The notes below the pieces were generated by a model. That model was not told the DNA's origin and ran no database searches. It was given only the letters and a program-made list of their open reading frames with translations. From assembly GCA_000092065.1 (NCBI GenBank), contig CP000586.1: a DNA stretch of 64,000 bases; one strand, written 5' to 3'. The translations under genes and the position numbers were made by a program. How positions within the stretch are numbered: the stretch's first letter is position 1; every line of letters starts with the position of its first letter. Of this stretch, positions 63,701 through 64,000 are shown one piece after another. Origin of the DNA: Ostreococcus lucimarinus. Lineage: Eukaryota.

Positions 63701-63787
63701 CCGCAACAGCGCGACGAGCGCGCCCAACGCGATCCCTTGCGTCAACACCCGAACCGCGCGACCCCGTCGCGTCGTCCAAAACGCCAT
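60719..63787 (-). CDS. tandem two-domain GT77 nucleotide-diphospho-sugar transferase with TM anchor and extensin-like SPPPP stem
   Basis: TM FWTTRRGRAVRVLTQGIALGALVALL; stem SPPPPPPPPPVENSPPPPPPSPLPSPPPPSPSS; two Nucleotid_trans (GT77) domains (...VIALDEPLTKRLDELGVPYYF...LLTDTDVTYQQNPF... and ...MVVTDDESIAKAARDAGL...VFVDPRVVLLDDP...). Confidence 0.7.
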   Translation of the reverse strand: MAFWTTRRGRAVRVLTQGIALGALVALLRVDLYRLNPTRGALLRGEPMAGAASDARTRDEMVKRELDVRVDAEVKEIIERRDRAAEEANAAVEESPRLREVHVDDDPPVETSPPPPPPPPPVENSPPPPPPSPLPSPPPPSPSSRVISDTVTSHVERRNEERTSNASAASSEDSYVAAAPSFMEPFALRAINGRRTDAFVVDDSRPNRCEPKRINRRIWGSARSLDFIVPRDSEEWPQNCDGREALCEVLRRVAKNREVLAAVANSQAPGLTPFLEMLIALKVPNFLVIALDEPLTKRLDELGVPYYFHEDPVMGNHKVSAKKFALIQEFVAVGCSVLLTDTDVTYQQNPFDYLYRDSDIESMSDGFDNDSANGFLQPIDDVSFGEARRRAGSFRVAALNSGMWYVSATEASLRLMKIMAHRLATEELWDQSGYNLELWFASRDAHMTSGATVRVMDPFCFMNSKVMFRIIRHSKPLQRENHRPVAMHANYHTDKDNKIKLVHAYYTKDAPLSSLDCITGCDKGLKSIIQLESGHLHSINDGFIGSKTWTKGRAGAKTCEPMTAWDGKVDKLDRKLHVISDSERVCRSDSKLRKTVKEICDVLSSKLTFDEHGDAMIVVADAKDSEVFGLFLEHGIEKNRLIKRAMVVTDDESIAKAARDAGLATVIRKSQKTPLSKAALKWYAIHAVLRDGHGVVFVDPRVVLLDDPSKFFYRDSDLESASDGWDDASAYGYDHVVDDPTMDWSRFLHGGRVVSSDAGFFRLSPTQESIAFAERMATRLTAMKGDVSVAQEQDVFNAAVFFPSYGDVVAVGILRRTLNYLCFANSKTVFLFMRKDQAMAKHVPITVDFSYHVRDVERMRDTYAYYEALKSGESSEVQKSRVPFMKWAAGTGVETSGEESIALCAVPTSAPTKSAIESHELASKISNEREREWSWAGTPGMKFLEAGKLATPWGEGKWALVTASDGNVIPNALWADFAGTHHLLKFETPEGSDAENSMFVSERCGDGSLVVGRLLPVKVSDA

Positions 63788-64000
63788 CTTCGAATCCCTC
63801 GCGCTCACTTTTTCGATCCCAGCTCTCGCGCGATCCTCGTCCCGAGTTCAAACGCCAAGTCCACCGCCGCGTCGCTCGCGCGCAGCGTCCCCGCGCACAG
63901 CGTTCGCGCCGTCTCGTCCCGTATCCTCTCCGTCCTCACCTCGATCACCCCGTGCTTCGCACCGATCGACACGCACACCGCCGTCGCACCCAGCGTGTAC

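Noticed and set aside
1-64000. Prokaryotic defence/operon-type novel system (CRISPR, toxin-antitoxin, phage island).
   Set aside because: Window is eukaryotic: spliceosomal introns, cytosolic ribosomal proteins, ATG1, LST8, RAE1, DDX6. No direct-repeat arrays with unique spacers, no integrases/transposases, no operon-like co-orientation.
1-64000. Search for tRNA genes (T-loop GGTTCGAATCC-like motifs) and rRNA.
   Set aside because: No convincing cloverleaf-compatible motif pair found by eye on either strand; ttcgaaatcc at about 611 lies inside an RPS11 intron without an acceptor stem.
63842-64000. Possible minus-strand CDS fragment at the right edge (…YTLGATAVCVSIGAKHGVIEVRTERIRDETARTL…).
   Set aside because: Composition is protein-like, but the fragment is short and no family is recognised; its apparent stop falls within the GT77 start region, so the frame and extent are unreliable.

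Overview
This 64 kb window reads as GC-rich (about 65%), very compact eukaryotic nuclear DNA. It is not a prokaryotic locus. I recognise about 44 protein-coding genes on both strands, most of them intronless, with intergenic spacers often under 100 bp. The five genes with supported introns are RPS11, RAE1, a Hikeshi-like gene, RPS23, and the 5-nt start micro-exon of RPS23. Introns are 110-475 bp. Four of the five donors read GTGCGT (Hikeshi has GTGAGT) and every intron has a CTGAC branch-like motif 25-35 nt before the AG. That pattern, together with the gene content, suggests a Mamiellophyceae-type picoalga (Micromonas-like); I cannot confirm the species from sequence alone. Gene content is plastid/cytosolic housekeeping plus signalling: ribosomal proteins (RPS11, RPS23, plastid-type L29 and S17), peptide chain release factor 2 (RF2), HflX, MnmG, TrpRS, TrpD, two RPE paralogues, GLYK, a site-2 protease (S2P), ATG1/ULK kinase, LST8, RIO2, DDX6, RAE1, RBM22, UTP11, zuotin, a Vps54-like protein, an FHA-PP2C (KAPP-like) and an FHA-RING protein, an ABCG half-transporter, an SLC35F transporter, a CASTOR/POLLUX-like channel, a tandem GT77 glycosyltransferase with extensin-like SPPPP repeats, and a CBM20 coiled-coil protein. 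Many long ORFs in the six-frame track are antisense or off-frame artefacts of the GC bias. I see no CRISPR array, mobile element, tRNA or rRNA. I also see no prokaryote-style novel system; the more interesting signals are gene-structure features, a 72-bp tandem duplication in a bidirectional promoter, opposite-strand CDS overlaps, and a few unusual domain architectures. Coordinates I derived by hand (intron boundaries, internal starts) may be off by 1-2 nt.
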